This document shows positions 51,227-64,000 of a stretch of 64,000 nucleotides of DNA, one piece after another (positions within the stretch are counted from its first letter, which is position 1; the number at the start of each line of letters is the position of its first letter). The DNA is from Octopus sinensis (Eukaryota). The notes under the pieces were generated by a model that saw only the letters and a list, made by a program, of their open reading frames with translations, searched no databases and had not been told where the DNA came from. The DNA lies in NCBI RefSeq assembly GCF_006345805.1, contig NW_021836128.1, forward strand, positions 62,001 to 126,000. Reading direction: 5' to 3'. Made by a program: the position numbers and the translations under genes.

Positions 51227-51779
51227 TATATTATTGAATAAAGTGATAAGTTCAAAATGACATAATTATAAAATTTTAGTTGACATAATTTTATTAGTAT
51301 TTATAAAATGATATCTTTAAATTAGTTTCTAGAATTTAAAGAATGGCAAACTACAATTTTATGACACATGAGGCCTATTAGTATTTTCTTTTTTCTTTCA
51401 ACACTATTCCACAACCTTGATATTCAGCATGTGTATTAAAAAATAAGTTTTTTGATTTTTTGGTCGAGAAAATGAAGAGACGAATTTGTGTAGTAAAATG
51501 ATGAACCTTTGATATTTTTAAACTCAAAAAAACTCCATATAAATATTAAATTTTACCATAAACCTGACTTTTTAAAGATAATTTGAAGTTTTTCAGGTTC
51601 CTAATGTTTTCTCAAAAAGTCTAAGAATTATTGTTTAATTAACTTCAAAATCATTTTAAATATTCTAACAAAAATAAATTATATAACATTTTTCTTTTTA
51701 CATTATTTTTTCAAATAATACTGATTTAAATAAATTAATAAATTTTTTTATTAAAGAATTATGAATTTACCTGACAAGA

Positions 51780-53549
51780 ATGTCGACTGTTCTAATTACA
51801 GTATAACCTCCATTTGGGGCAGACCTCTGGCTTGGGGAACCTCTATTTTTGGGGAAACCTCTATTTTTGGGGTAGTTTGAAAAGGATATAATTTTTATGC
51901 GGTAATTTCCAAATTTAGAAATTACCGGAACCTCTAAGTGGGGCACAGGATTTTTAATTTATATACATATTTGCTATTAAAATTAAAATTAATTATATAA
52001 AATTTCATTTGGAAGCCTCGTGTAATTTTTGTATTCTTGTTGTTATGGCTCGTAAGCTTAGTCTTGAGTTAAAGATCAAAATTGCCAAGGAATTAAGTGA
52101 AAATAAACATCTTACTGAACGAGATATTGTAGATAAGTACAAAATTAGTAAAGGTTTTTTATTAATGTAAGTTTTTAGGCGCTGTGTCACGTATTAAAAA
52201 AAATTATCTCAATTTTTTTAATACTGGGGCTGTTCAAACAGATTTTCCCAGAAATATTCAACGCTCTCCTCATACTTTATCCCAAAAATTGGATAAAATT
52301 GTTTTTGAGGCTTTCACCAAGACAAGGGAAGAATTTATTCCTGTGTCCGGTCCTCTTTTAAAAAATATTGCTTCCAAAGTAGCAAGGATGTTGAATTATT
52401 CGGCGTTCAAAGGGTCCAATGGCTGGTTGGAAAAATTTAAGAAAAGACATATGTTGTCATTTAAGACAATTAGTGGAGAGAAAAACTCTTCCGATGTTTC
52501 TTCGCTTGATATGTTTTTTTCCAAGTATGATGAATACGTAAAAGAATATGGTCTTCAAAATATTTTTAATTGCGACGAAACTGGGTTATATACTCTAATA
52601 CTCTAATTATCAATAAAATTAGTGGAAAACATGTTTAAATGTTCTTAAAAATACTTTATTTATTTATAAATTAATGAAAAATATGCTAAAACTATTAAAA
52701 TTTTTATAAAAATAAAGAAAATTTCAGACCTCCATTTTTGGGGAAACCTCTATTTTTGGGGCAATTTTTCAAAATTGATGACCCAAATGGAGGTTATACT
52801 GTACAGTGAAATGCAGCAGTTCAGGATTTGGTTTTGGTGTTGATACGGTTTCAAAATCAAAAAAACATTTTGTTTCTGAAATTTTTCCAAATTCACCTGC
52901 GTCATTCACAAACTTAGAAATCAACGATATAATATTAGAAATTAATAATAAAAATGTTCAAAACAAATCACATAATTATCTCACAAAACAAATAAAAAAA
53001 TCCACCGGAGATCTTCTATTGCTAGTAAAAAGATTTGAAGTTGTAGAAATCGAAGAAACGAAACTTTCAACAAACAGAGCAGAAAGTATATCACTTCCTA
53101 TAGATACGAAAAATTATTCACCTAGAATATGCCAGATTGCAATATGGAACGGGGAAGATCTGGGAATTCAAATAATCAAGAAAGATCCTGAAAACGGCTT
53201 CTTTATTGTCAATGTGGATGAAAATTCACCAGCGGATGTTGCAGGAATTAGAAACAATGATATTATATTGGAAATCGACTCTATCTCAGTAAAGAATATG
53301 AATTTTGAAGATGTTTTGCAAGCAATAAAAATTAATTGGGGAACAGTCAGTATTTTAGTTGCAGATGAAAATACTTTCAAACATTTCAGAAATTCTGGTG
53401 CTGAGATTTCTAGTTCAATGAAAAATATCAAAACTTTAAAAAACTACAAACAGTGGAGTTATAAAAACTGGCTTTTCACAATTGATAGCAATTCACTTCA
53501 TCATCGACTAGTCCGCACAAAGCCGGGATTTAACATAACCTCTCTTTAA
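51780..53549 (+). CDS. Two-PDZ-domain scaffold (NHERF/PDZK1-like), intronless, interrupted near codon 7 by a pogo element
   Basis: Removing 51799-52801 and one TA gives MSTVLITVKCSSSGFGFG...PNSPASFTNLEINDIILEINNKNV...H; the second PDZ reads DLGIQI...VDENSPADVAGIRNNDIILEID. Confidence 0.75.
51799..52801 (+). mobile_element. pogo/Tigger deletion derivative with a 25-nt intron in the HTH region
   Basis: TIR cagtataacctccatttggg with TA TSDs. Reads MARKLSLELKIK...KISKG|AVSR...GSNGWLEKFKKRH...FNCDETG. Intron at 52154-52178. Confidence 0.92.
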
Positions 53550-54076
53550 TCTTCGCTTTTAGTTAACGATATGGTTTATTCGCACTGATGTTTTAGCCAG
53601 TCTAACTCCTCCTCCAAAAAAATTCCCTGAAAGGCAGAGGTGCATTTAAATTGGAGGTGTTTTGTGGTCAATTTTATTGCATTAAATGTTTTTCAAACCA
53701 AACATCTTCCTCTTTGATAGGTTGTCATCCCATCGGGACTTCTGCTGTCCACTGCAAAGATCTTTTTAGGTCTCAATGGAAAGTGGAATCCAGCAATACG
53801 GAGTGACGGACGGATGGCCAGTTTTAGTTCTTTATTCCCCGATTAGAGTCCAATTTCGTAGACATAATAGAAAGTGGTAGTCGAGCTCGTCGGCTTTTAC
53901 GCCGCATCGGCGTTGGTGTTTGGCCGATACGGGTAGTCTGATCTGTGGCAGATTCCAATCCTCACAGATTCGTCGTCATATAGGCAACCAGTTGTCTCAC
54001 AAAAGTAAGAGTCAACCAGCGTTCAGGGGCTGGTTGGTCATTTTTTCACCATGTTAGTGGGCTCGTTCAATTTTTC

Positions 54077-54501
54077 TTAAAAACATGCCTTTATAAATTC
54101 GCCATCGGTAAATGGTTTTCCCCTTTTTGCGATCTCGTGGCTTATCAAAAAACTGACAATATATGCAGTCCTGGCATTGTGATACCAATATTTAAAAGCG
54201 GAATTTTCAATCTGATTATTCTTTGCAAGTTCTTCTACAGCTTTCTTTCGGGAATCACCATTCGGTAGCTGTTCTGAATTAGATGTGAATGCAAAAGTTT
54301 CAGTCCATTTTGATTGAAAATGTCGCGCATTATCGATTGAAGGTTGTGGGACAGTATTGTTTTTCACGCGGCACAAGGGAAGCTTAATTAGTTTTATGAC
54401 TTCTCGGGAGTGCTTTTAATAATAATAATAAAAATTGAAAGAGCCTACATAAGAGTTAAAGAGTCTTCAAAGGCTCGCGAGCCCGCTTTTGCCGACCCCT
54501 G
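54077..54501 (-). mobile_element. hAT (GTF2IRD2-like) left end plus a deleted N-terminal transposase
   Basis: Terminus caggggtcggcaaa at 54501. Motifs RHFQSKWTETFAF, IAKRGKPFTDGEFIKAC. Confidence 0.75.
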
Positions 54502-54829
54502 AAATAGGCAAACACAGTTTTTTCCAAATGGCAAGAAAATCATTAAAACAAAATGATATCCTCTGTCCATTGTAATGAGAGAGAACAGTGTCAATCATTT
54601 CTCTCGACAAAAGCATTAAAGAAAAGTACGCCCCGTGTGCTGAATAAGCTGGAGTAATCAGACCGATCTCTCCAGGGGAAACTAGTAGAATAACTTGCCT
54701 GTGCATCAAAGCAGATGTTCAAAATGTTTTCTGCACAGGTCTTTAATTGAGCGTAAAAATCACAAAAAATAAAAACAAAATAGTTCCAGCAGCTTTTTTC
54801 AAAATAGCGTCGTATGCAAGGAGTAGATC

Positions 54830-55810
54830 CATTTGCAAGAAACAGGGATTGCTTCTGAGAGTGAAGATAAGTTTCGGCAGATGAATGCTGTTCTTCAGGA
54901 GGAAAAAGGCACCAGCCACGTACACCGACTTGCGTGGGCGAAAGCTCGGCCCCGATTCTCGTTGCAACCCCTCTGGTAACGACTTTGCCGCAGAGCCTTC
55001 TGAAGTAGTTCCCAACCGCAATTGGGCGGACACCTCCGTCTGGATTTTAAAAAGCGTGAAGGTGGGCAGCGAAAAAGAGATTCCTCGCGAAGAGGGGGAT
55101 CCTTCCGACCAGTTTGGTGATTGAACTCAAAAGCCGAGAGCCGGATTCCCCGGTGATCGCAGAAGTCATGTCCTTGATATCAATTCCCCCGCTGCTGCTC
55201 GCTCCAAAAGATCTGATTCCCGACAGAATTTCTTCCTCAGTGATGATCATCGGTATGGAGCTTCGGGGGGAGTCCAAGGCCTTAGGTCTTCAGAGGCCAG
55301 CGGATGCTTTGACCTCAGCAAAGTTGATGTTCTGGACGTACACTCGGCAACAGAGTCCCCGGACCACAAGACACGGAGGGCAGCTCTCACGTCTCCTTCG
55401 AGAAGCTTCCGATTCATTCGCTCGATTATCCTGGCGTCCTGTCCGATGCCATTTTCGGATAAGCCGGACTTTCTCTGAGAGAAGGGAAGGGTAGGACAAG
55501 ATTGTCGCATTCTTCGCCAAAAGAAAGTGCCCGAGACTTAATTGCGGACGAGATTCCCTTGCCGGGATTGGTCGGCTCGTGCTTGTTTCCAAGGACGAGA
55601 GGTGCAAACAGGAAGATACGGAACCACGGGAGGTCTTATTCGGAACTGAGTGCTTCTGAGATAATTTGTTCGAAGCAGGAAGCGGCCATTGTTTGGGAAT
55701 ATGGAGAGGGATGTATCTTGTTCCGCGAAGTGAGGACAGAATAAATTCCTCAGTCGAGAGATTGTGGCGGGTAATAGTACGAGAAGGTCGCCGATTTGGC
55801 CCAATAGCGT
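54830..55810 (-). mobile_element. CRE-clade ORF body with RT N-terminal region, internally deleted and frameshifted
   Basis: WFRIFLFAPLVL, KLLEGDVRAALRVL, ITEEEILSGIRSFGASSSGGID, DGGVRPIAVGNYFRRLCGK, PTQVGV. Confidence 0.8.
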
Positions 55811-56022
55811 TTAAAAACAACGACAACGCACACTAATTCAGAAATTTACTCAATTTTTATTTGTTTTTATTCTCATCTTATTTTGTACAAATTTACCTAT
55901 CCTCAATTTGTGGACTTTTATAAAAATATTTTAGCAAACCTGAATTTCATGATTAACCTATTTTTGCTCATCAAAATATTTGAAATAAGAAAACTACAAT
56001 TTGAGATGGAAACAGCTTAAGT

Positions 56023-56400
56023 CAGAGTGTCAAAAATGCGGCCCTCGAGGATTTAAATATAAAATAGCTTTAATTAAAATAAAGCTTATTTTTTATCAAT
56101 TATTGATTAATTATCTTAATTATTTATGGCAAACCTAATAAATTGTGCCAGGTGGGAGCACGGGGATGATTTTTATGCCTTCCTTTTTTTACTTTATGTC
56201 GTTTTTATTTTTGCATGTAATTGGATTCAGATGGAATAATTCGCGATGTAGTTTTTTTAATGATCAAATTATTTGAGCTTGTTTCTCTTTCAAGTGCAGT
56301 GTTTCAAATATCTGTGCACAGAGCACACAATGCACGATACTATTAAAAGTAAAGATATTTTTGCAAAATTACAACAAATTCTCTTTAACTATGTATTTGA
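56023..56400 (+). mobile_element. Degenerate derivative of the 47348 hAT family
   Basis: Terminus cagagtgtcaaaaatgcggccctcg. About 56333-56392 matches about 48095-48157. Confidence 0.6.
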
Positions 56401-58082
56401 TTTCGTTAATATCGTTAGAGCATCTATTAAGATTGAGTATAATATCGTTAGAACATCTATTAAGATTGGGTATTCATTTTTTAAATACTTATTGGGATGT
56501 GATACCATTCAGAAGCTTTATTTTTGCAGCCCCTAACAGCGGCCTTTATCTCTTCTACAGAGATAGGCGCTACTCTCACAGTGCGCTACTCCTATTCACC
56601 ATTTTTTAAAAATATTCTTCGCTCTTTTTGTTATCAGTGGAGTAAGATCACTTTTTGGAACCACGACAGACTAAGAGTTATATAATTGAAAAATAAACAT
56701 GTCAGTGTCATTGTGCTGGAATATGCTATTATGTCATTCTTAACTAGCAAGCGACTAGAGGGAGACGAGCTGGCTTTTTAAAGTCTCTGTCGCTATACTC
56801 CGCAGAAACCCATCCAATATGCAGCGGGGCGTAGTTGAGTCGAACTATCCGTTCAGCTAGTTACCCTAGCTAGCATCTAAATCTGTTTTTGCTAAGTTAT
56901 TTAAATATGAGCACTGTTGCTACCAATGGGTCTTTAATACTCGTTTTTAACTTCTTTTGATATTAATTGGAATTCGAATTAACGGCCACTTTCTCTTTTT
57001 AAACATTTTTGTAAATTAAGTTAACTTACTTTACTTGTCGGAATTACACAATTTGTAAAAAATATCGCAAAAATTTATTTATAAATGCATTAGCAGCAGA
57101 GTCAATGACAGCCACTGTCTCATTTGTATATTGCCTTTGTCGAGACAGACGACAGTCTTCCAAGCTAAGACAGTCGAGAATAGTCTTGCTCTTGTTGACA
57201 TCCAATAATATCCTCAGAACGGACGTTTCCTCCTCTATTCTTTTCTCACTCAAATCGCGAGACAGTCGCAAATACCGCTGTTCATAAACATCCTCAAAAA
57301 ACGGATCTTCTCCCAGACATCTCTTCTCTTCTACCAACATATCCACATAATTCAAATAGTTTTTGCAGGCCGGAATAGAAAATTCTAAACATTTCTGAAA
57401 TTTGGGGAGAGGTTGACTTTCTTCCTTGTTTTTAAGACGAGAAATTCATTGAGGTCGTCAAGTGACTTTTTAAGACGATTGATGGACGATTGGATATCCA
57501 TTTTTATGTCAAAGTATAAATTATCATCCAAAGGACAAGTCTTTTTGCTGGAATCCAAATTTTCTTCGATCAACAGTCCCAGAGTACGTTTAAATCCTTA
57601 GTCAGTGCTGATAGATCTTTTATAAATGAAAGAAAACAGTACAATTCGTCCCATTCGTTAGGCTTTTCCCACTGTGAACAGACAGTTACGTAATTATAGT
57701 AGTAAAGTTCACTACGAGTACTTTTATGGAGAGACCAGTTGCCTGCCACGTCTAGAGCTGATTTGCGAGCCTAAAATATATCTTTTGGTCAGACCTCCGT
57801 TTTTCGGAGTAATTCTGTTGATTTTCTGTGTTTGGGATTTGGTTTTAGAGGGATAGGTTTATTAATTAGTCCTGTATAAATAGTCTATTATCAAAAACAA
57901 ATAAATTATTTAACTAAGAATTCTTTTGATGATTAGAACTGAAAATTAATAAACAAGTGGGGTAATGCTTTTTTTAAAAAACTGAATATCTCCCTTTTTC
58001 GAACCACAAGATTAAGTAATCTGAAATTTTATTTTTATTTATTTATTAAATCACCAAGACCACGCTAAAAACCGAACAAACG

Positions 58083-58400
58083 TCACGTGATCCCGATGCA
58101 CTCAACCAGGGACCTCATCCTCGCACGGTGATCTTTCCACGAGCTTACACAAGATCGCACAGGGCGGCAGGCCGTTTTTGGCGGAGCAATCGCTGACTGG
58201 CCCAGGTTCAGCATGATGAGGTCTTCAAGGGAGGCTGGACCGGGGCGTTGGCTATCATGTGACCAACGATCGGTAAATCTGAGGGCCCTTTGTTGAGCCT
58301 CCTCGATTCGCCTCCTGTTGGACCACGATAGCCGCGGACCCCATGATCCGCAAGCGTAGGCAATACAAGGTTCGAAGTACTGGCAGTAAATAAAGTATTT
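58083..58400 (-). mobile_element. LINE 3' fragment with an A-rich (TAAA) tail
   Basis: FEPCIAYACGSW...RIEEAQQRALRF...*, then taataaataaataaaaa. Confidence 0.6.
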
Positions 58401-61400
58401 AAAAATTAGAAAGACAAAATTCTGGCTCATCGATGATTACTACAAATGAGGTCATTAAAGATATCAAGGATTTGTTATCAAAGTTTATAGAATTATGATC
58501 TATTCTTAACAATCGCTACAAAAATGAATCCAATGAATTCTCTTCAGTCGAAAGCACGTTTGCAGAACTCGAGAATGAAATATCTGATTATATTGAACAT
58601 TTGCTTTCGCCTCGTTTAATGACGGAATAATTGCCAAGTCAAAGTTCCATCAAGTATAGTTTAGAAATAAATTTTAAGATTTCCGAGTGTTACAATGAAA
58701 TGGTTTACATAAATATGAATCTTTCTTTACACTTGTTTCCCAATGTGCAATCAATTTCGAGGAAAATTCTCGACAAGGCTGAAAAGATTGTACACCCACC
58801 GACCACACTCAGAGATATAATTCAAAAGTTTTTTTTCTAACCTCGAAACTCTTAATCAATCTCAAATCAAGTGGTTATTTTTTATTATTAAAAGAAATAT
58901 TAAAAACTTTAAGCAAACTTCTCTACAAAAAAGCGTCAATGAAATGCAGAAGGTTGGAATATTTAATTAAATTTTGTAGAGCTGTTCTGTTTGGATATTG
59001 ACAGCCATTTTAGAGGTGGACCTGCTAGAAAATAAGCAAGACCTGCACCAAGTAATGCACTCTAAACTACCAAAGAAACCAGTTTTGCCGACTTTGTGAA
59101 AAAAACTGAAATATTTTATCTTGGAAATAATGTATACTTTAGATTTTAATTTAATGGAAGCTTTGATCAGGTCGACGAGTTACGCCGTCACAGACATTTT
59201 ATTTCAGGCGGATTTCCAATATGAATGAATGCAAATGTCATGTGCCTTTTTCTATTTATCATTTGCACTCCAATAAAAAGAAAAACATTTAAAGACAAAA
59301 CAGACTTGGATTCATATCTTAATTCAGTTTTAAATAGAATAATTAACTTAAATGTTTTCTCTCTAGCTCTTATAAACAAATTGTGTGTTTGACACAGACG
59401 AAACCTTAAGCGTTTATAGTAACGCAGAAGTGCAAGTTGTTGTCTATTTCTAGTGACACTTGACTCTATTCTCAATAGCAATTAAGTTATTTTATACGGA
59501 TTTTACAGTATTTTAAAATTTTGAATTAATTTTCAGATCAATTCCCTTTGATTTCAATTTCTAAAATTTATAATGGATTTTATAATTTCAAAGTTCTGAT
59601 TAAGTCGGAAAATATAAGCAGAACAATAAAATGCCAATTTATTTTGTTGGAATGGTAATTGAAGACGGTTTTCGTTGACTCCTTTGAAATTCAGTATGGG
59701 AGGTATTTGATTGTACTTCTAAGCACGATCTTTAATCCAGTTAGGTTTTTTTCCTTATCTTCATAGAAATACGATTTAAATTCCTCTGCCTTAAACTAAC
59801 GTCTTAAATATAAATATTGGAAACTTTTAAATTAGGTTTATATCGCAAACTCATCGCAGAGATAAAATTATCAGTCGTCCGTAAAATATGGATAGAGTCT
59901 ATCCCATCTTTTAGCAATGAAATTTTTTTCAAGTCATTTCAACTTCTCAGTTTTAATCACTCTTTATGCACCCGAAAGTTAAAAGAAATTAAAGATTGTA
60001 GTGTTAAGTTTAGCGTATATCAACTTGAGCTACCTGAAATGCTTCATAACTTACTGCGGAATTTAAGATCATTGAATTGAATTTTTTGAGTCGAATTCCA
60101 CATTGAAATTTTTGATAGTTTTTGTCTTCGCGTATAATTATCTTTCGGTTTGATTAAAAAATCCAAAGGTTCTTATTTATGTTATCAATACTCTGACTCC
60201 TCCATTATTCAACTTCCAGAGTTGTGCTTGTTTTATTTTCTCTTGATCACTCCCTAGCTTCTTCCTTTTTTTACATTTTCCGATTTAAAATTCTTATCCT
60301 TTGTCAAGATTTTGTTTAGAATCAAAAATGATCGTTGCACTGCGCACGATGTAGCCTGACATTCAATCAGTAAAAAATAATCAGAAAGTGCAATAAAATG
60401 ATCGTCGAATTTCATTATTTTTTATATCATTGGAATTCAATTGTTTATTCAACATACTTCTTCTCTAAAATTCAAATTTTTCGAGTAATTTTATGCTTTA
60501 TTTATAATAAAATTGGTCGATGTAATAAAGGTGAATATTGTGGTATTATCGTCGTTAAATCTTCATGAATTTTTTCATTAAATAAACATTCTTTCGCTCT
60601 TTTAATAAGCAAATAATCACTTTCTAAAGAAGTGCATACTTGAATAACATTAGATTATTGTTCTTTACAACAAGTGCTTTGACGCAAGCAATTAATTTGT
60701 CAACTTCAAGATAGTGTACTTATATTTTAAGTGCACAATTTTCTCTAAGATTTGAATATTTTTAAACGGCAGCATGTGCGAACTTGTGAATATCTCGCTT
60801 GCCCCTATAAGTCTTTTACAAAATTCTTTTCTCACGACTCATTTGGCAGATAAGAATAAATACATTTAATCACTAAAAAGTATTAGTTATGTGTACTGAA
60901 CACTCATTCGATGAAAATAAATTAGATATACAAGTTTTAATCGATTAAATAACAAGTCCCTCAGTTCTTAAGTATCATTCGTCCTTAATTCTAGTGCGAT
61001 TCAATTCTCTCCTCTGATCGTTGGGGAAGTCTTCTACAAGTCATATCTCGGCACTACAGTCTAGGTAGTAAAAGAATTTATACTTTAAAGACTTATATTC
61101 TCAAAGATATCCCGCTTCTAATTCACTAGAGGATATTTTTCGACATTAACACGGACTCCTCTGCAGGTTTAGTGAAAACATAAATAATAGAAAAAGACCA
61201 ATTCTGACTATTAAGGAAGTAACTTTCACAATAAAAGAGTACCTTGATCAAATATCAGTATAGATTGAGAGTAGTCGGGTAGTGATTGTTAATTATTTTG
61301 TAGAGTCATCAGAGAGGAGTTGTTTTAAGGTATTCGAAGATGTTTAGTAATTCTTTGAGATACTATTTTAAAAGTGGAAGGTTTTTCTAATATCACATAG

Positions 61401-61771
61401 AAGTCCAATGATTATCCAATGGAAATGTTTTTTCAAGGATGCACAAATTGTAGAATAAAAGTTTTTATTTTCTTTTTGAAAATAAGCATTTGATTGGACC
61501 GGACTTCTATTTTATTTAACCAACATTTTTTGTAAATTAATGTTTTGAATTTATCGGTACCAAAAAGAGAGCACAATTGTTGCTTTTTTAGATATAAACT
61601 AGGCAGGAAAAATTTAAATGTTGTAGGGCGTTGGTTATGAAGCTCTAACCGTGGATACATATTACAACAAATTCTAATTTTTTTATGTGTGGTAATCTGG
61701 ATGAGTATTTTGCTTTTGTTTCAAGCAACATATTTTTGAAAACAAGTATTTTCATTACTATTTAATAGTAT

Positions 61772-61873
61772 AGACTCTATACTATAGAGGATATCGATAG
61801 CTATCTTGCGAGGTAACTCCCTTGCTATCCGCGGTGCGGCAACTAACAAATTCTGATAATTAATATGATTGAG
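61772..61873 (+). mobile_element. 102-bp CRE 3' stub flanked by an 11-bp TSD
   Basis: tttaatagtat at 61761-61771 and 61874-61884. Reads RISIAILRGNSLAIRGAATNKF*. Confidence 0.7.
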
Positions 61874-62199
61874 TTTAATAGTATGACTATCCAATTAGTA
61901 TGACCAAAAATCTGTATTACTCATACTATTATGAGTTATCCGTTAGTTAAAGATAAAACTGATTAGTTAATATAAAAAATAATATTTCACAAAAAGACAA
62001 ATTCTAAAAATAAGAGATAACTATAAAATGTACTCCAAATATACTAGCATATAAAATTAATCAATTAATAGCGTAGAGAATAAATTTTTTAAACAAGTAC
62101 TTGTTTTTATTAATAACAAAGCACAGAAAGTGGAACTCTGTTAGTATTACCTCTCTCTGTTACGGATATGTCTTTTTCGCGTTTTACAACTTTGGCGAC

Positions 62200-62610
62200 G
62201 TTTCACATGGGAGCTTAAACACAAGAGGACTGAAATTCATTTACAAGCAGCACCAACTTGCACGGGATCTCTAAAATCACCACGTCAGTGTCTGCTGTCT
62301 CCAAGAGACAAAGACGACTGAAAAAAACACCACACTGGCCGGTAACTTTTATATTATTACCCTACCATGCACTTGTCTACACTATGGTCTGGGGTTTGTA
62401 GTACACCGTCATTTATACAATTTGGCGGTTTCTGATCGTGTTGCAGTTATGCAGATGAAGTTTGGAGACAAACCTAATTCTATTATATCAATTATCAACA
62501 TATATGCGCCAACGGGAACGAGAGTTAACTCCAATCCTAAAGAGCTGGACGAATTTTATTCCACCCTTAGGGAGACATATAACTCGGTCTCTCAAAGTAC
62601 TCCAAACTGT
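62200..62610 (+). mobile_element. RTE-type APE endonuclease fragment
   Basis: YGLGFVV...VSDRVAVM...IINIYAPT...DEFYSTL. Confidence 0.7.
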
Positions 62611-63229
62611 CATTGTTTAAGGAAGGGATTATAGCGACAGGATAAATTCGTTAGTTCTGCTACAAAATTTCCCCTCGGCTGGAAAATGTGTGTTTGCCGT
62701 GACTGGGGAGAGCAGATTTGTTGTCCTCGTCGAAATCGGTTGGCAGTGTTGTTCACGTCAAGTCAAGCAAATCGACGGGCAGTTGGAAGCACGGAGATTG
62801 GAGTCGATTGTAGTTTACAACGGGAGTGTGTTCGCCCTGTCAGCAGTGTTGGGGACTGTATTGGAAGTGAGGGGAGCACGGGGGCAGATCAGTGGATGGA
62901 GGGTCGGTCTGGAGGCGCCCCATGCCAGATTATACACCCCTCGTCACTGAAAACCGGACAAGCTATTTTTGATAATTTTATTAATTAAATATGAAAAATC
63001 AAAAACTTACGCTTAATATTTTTACTTAATAATAATAATAGTGTAATAATTATTAATTATGCTATTATAGAATTTATATTTAAAGCAGAATTTCAATTTA
63101 CTTATGACATATAAAACCGGACAAAAATAAAACAAGTCATTTAGTAGTTAATTCGATCTCATATATTTTTTTTTGATTTCAAAACACCCGAAAATAATTA
63201 TTACAATCTAAAGCTACTGATGATCGAGA

Positions 63230-63850
63230 AGTAGTTAATATATCCACCATTTGCACTGAAAATTTTGTAACATCTATTTTTCATAGACATTACTAGTTTT
63301 TTCAATAATTCTGGTGATATATGATTCCATATTTCTGTTAATTTGTCCTTTAGTTCATTTTTGTTTTTGATTACATTTTTGATAATTCTGCCATAGATGT
63401 TCTATGAGGTTTAGATCCGGTGATTGAGCCAGCCATTGAAGTAAAATAATGTTTTTTTCTTTAATATAATCTTGTACTATTTTAGATTTATGGCAAGGTG
63501 CATTATCCTGTTGTAAAATAAATGAGTCTATCCCGAATTTTTTGGCACATTCGAATATATTATTGGATAAAATATTAATATATTTTGCGCTATTCAGGAT
63601 TCCATCAATAAAAACAAGATTACCGACTCCGTTATACGAGAAACTGCCCCAGACCATTACTTTTCCACCACCGAATTTTACAGTTGTTATAATATTGCAT
63701 TTTTTGTATGCAGGACAATTTTCTCTATACACTATTTGATGCTTATTGATATTAAAAATATCAAAAGACCATTCATCAGTAAAAATTACCGACTTCCATG
63801 TCTCGTCGGAAATGCTTAAAAATGATTTCGTATTTGATTTTTCGTGTGCA
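63230..63850 (-). mobile_element. Tc1 transposase catalytic-domain remnant
   Basis: WKSVIFTDE, TVKFGGGKVMVWG, LQQDNAPCH, QSPDLNLIEHLW. Confidence 0.88.
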
Positions 63851-64000
63851 GAAATAAATTGGTTAATGGAGGAGCAGATCAGAGAGTGTGTTTATGGGGA
63901 CTCGACGATGACTGCGTATTAGTAGTCCGATCATGTTTAGCAACTCACTTTGTTGAGAGAATGGGAGACTGCCGTCATGGATTTGTCTGCCATGAGGCTT

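Noticed and set aside
63212-63238. ctgatga motif as a possible hammerhead ribozyme
   Set aside because: Only one hairpin can be formed; the three-stem core is absent.

Overview
This is eukaryotic, AT-rich DNA, not prokaryotic: there is no rRNA, no complete tRNA and no CRISPR array. Host genes are animal-type (HIPK, PXK, ARID4, MAX-like bHLH-ZIP, NRAMP, class C GPCR, iRhom, INTS7-like, GTF3C5, VPS26C, tandem-PDZ protein, divergent histone H4, uridine-cytidine kinase). Most are split by tiny GT-AG introns, mostly 22-29 nt, and use standard stop codons. This points to a reduced metazoan such as a myxozoan or dicyemid (inference). Many host genes are partial or carry frameshifts and stops, so they are either decayed duplicates or contain assembly errors. 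The window is dense with nested transposons: hAT, pogo/Tigger, Tc1, Ginger-type integrases, and CRE, RTE and Jockey-like LINEs. The most striking result is a cluster of endogenous rhabdovirus-like sequence, made of nucleoprotein (N) and polymerase (L) fragments interleaved with LINE pieces. The N fragment is only readable after removing a three-level hAT>pogo>RTE nest with all target-site duplications (TSDs) intact. Other notable patterns are repeated twin-priming-type 5' inversions in non-L1 retroelements, a poly(A)-tailed TSD-flanked insert carrying an unspliced HIPK fragment, and tiny introns gained or lost inside DNA transposases. Protein family calls come from my own manual translation and recalled motifs; no database search was run. 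Boundaries of multi-exon genes are approximate.
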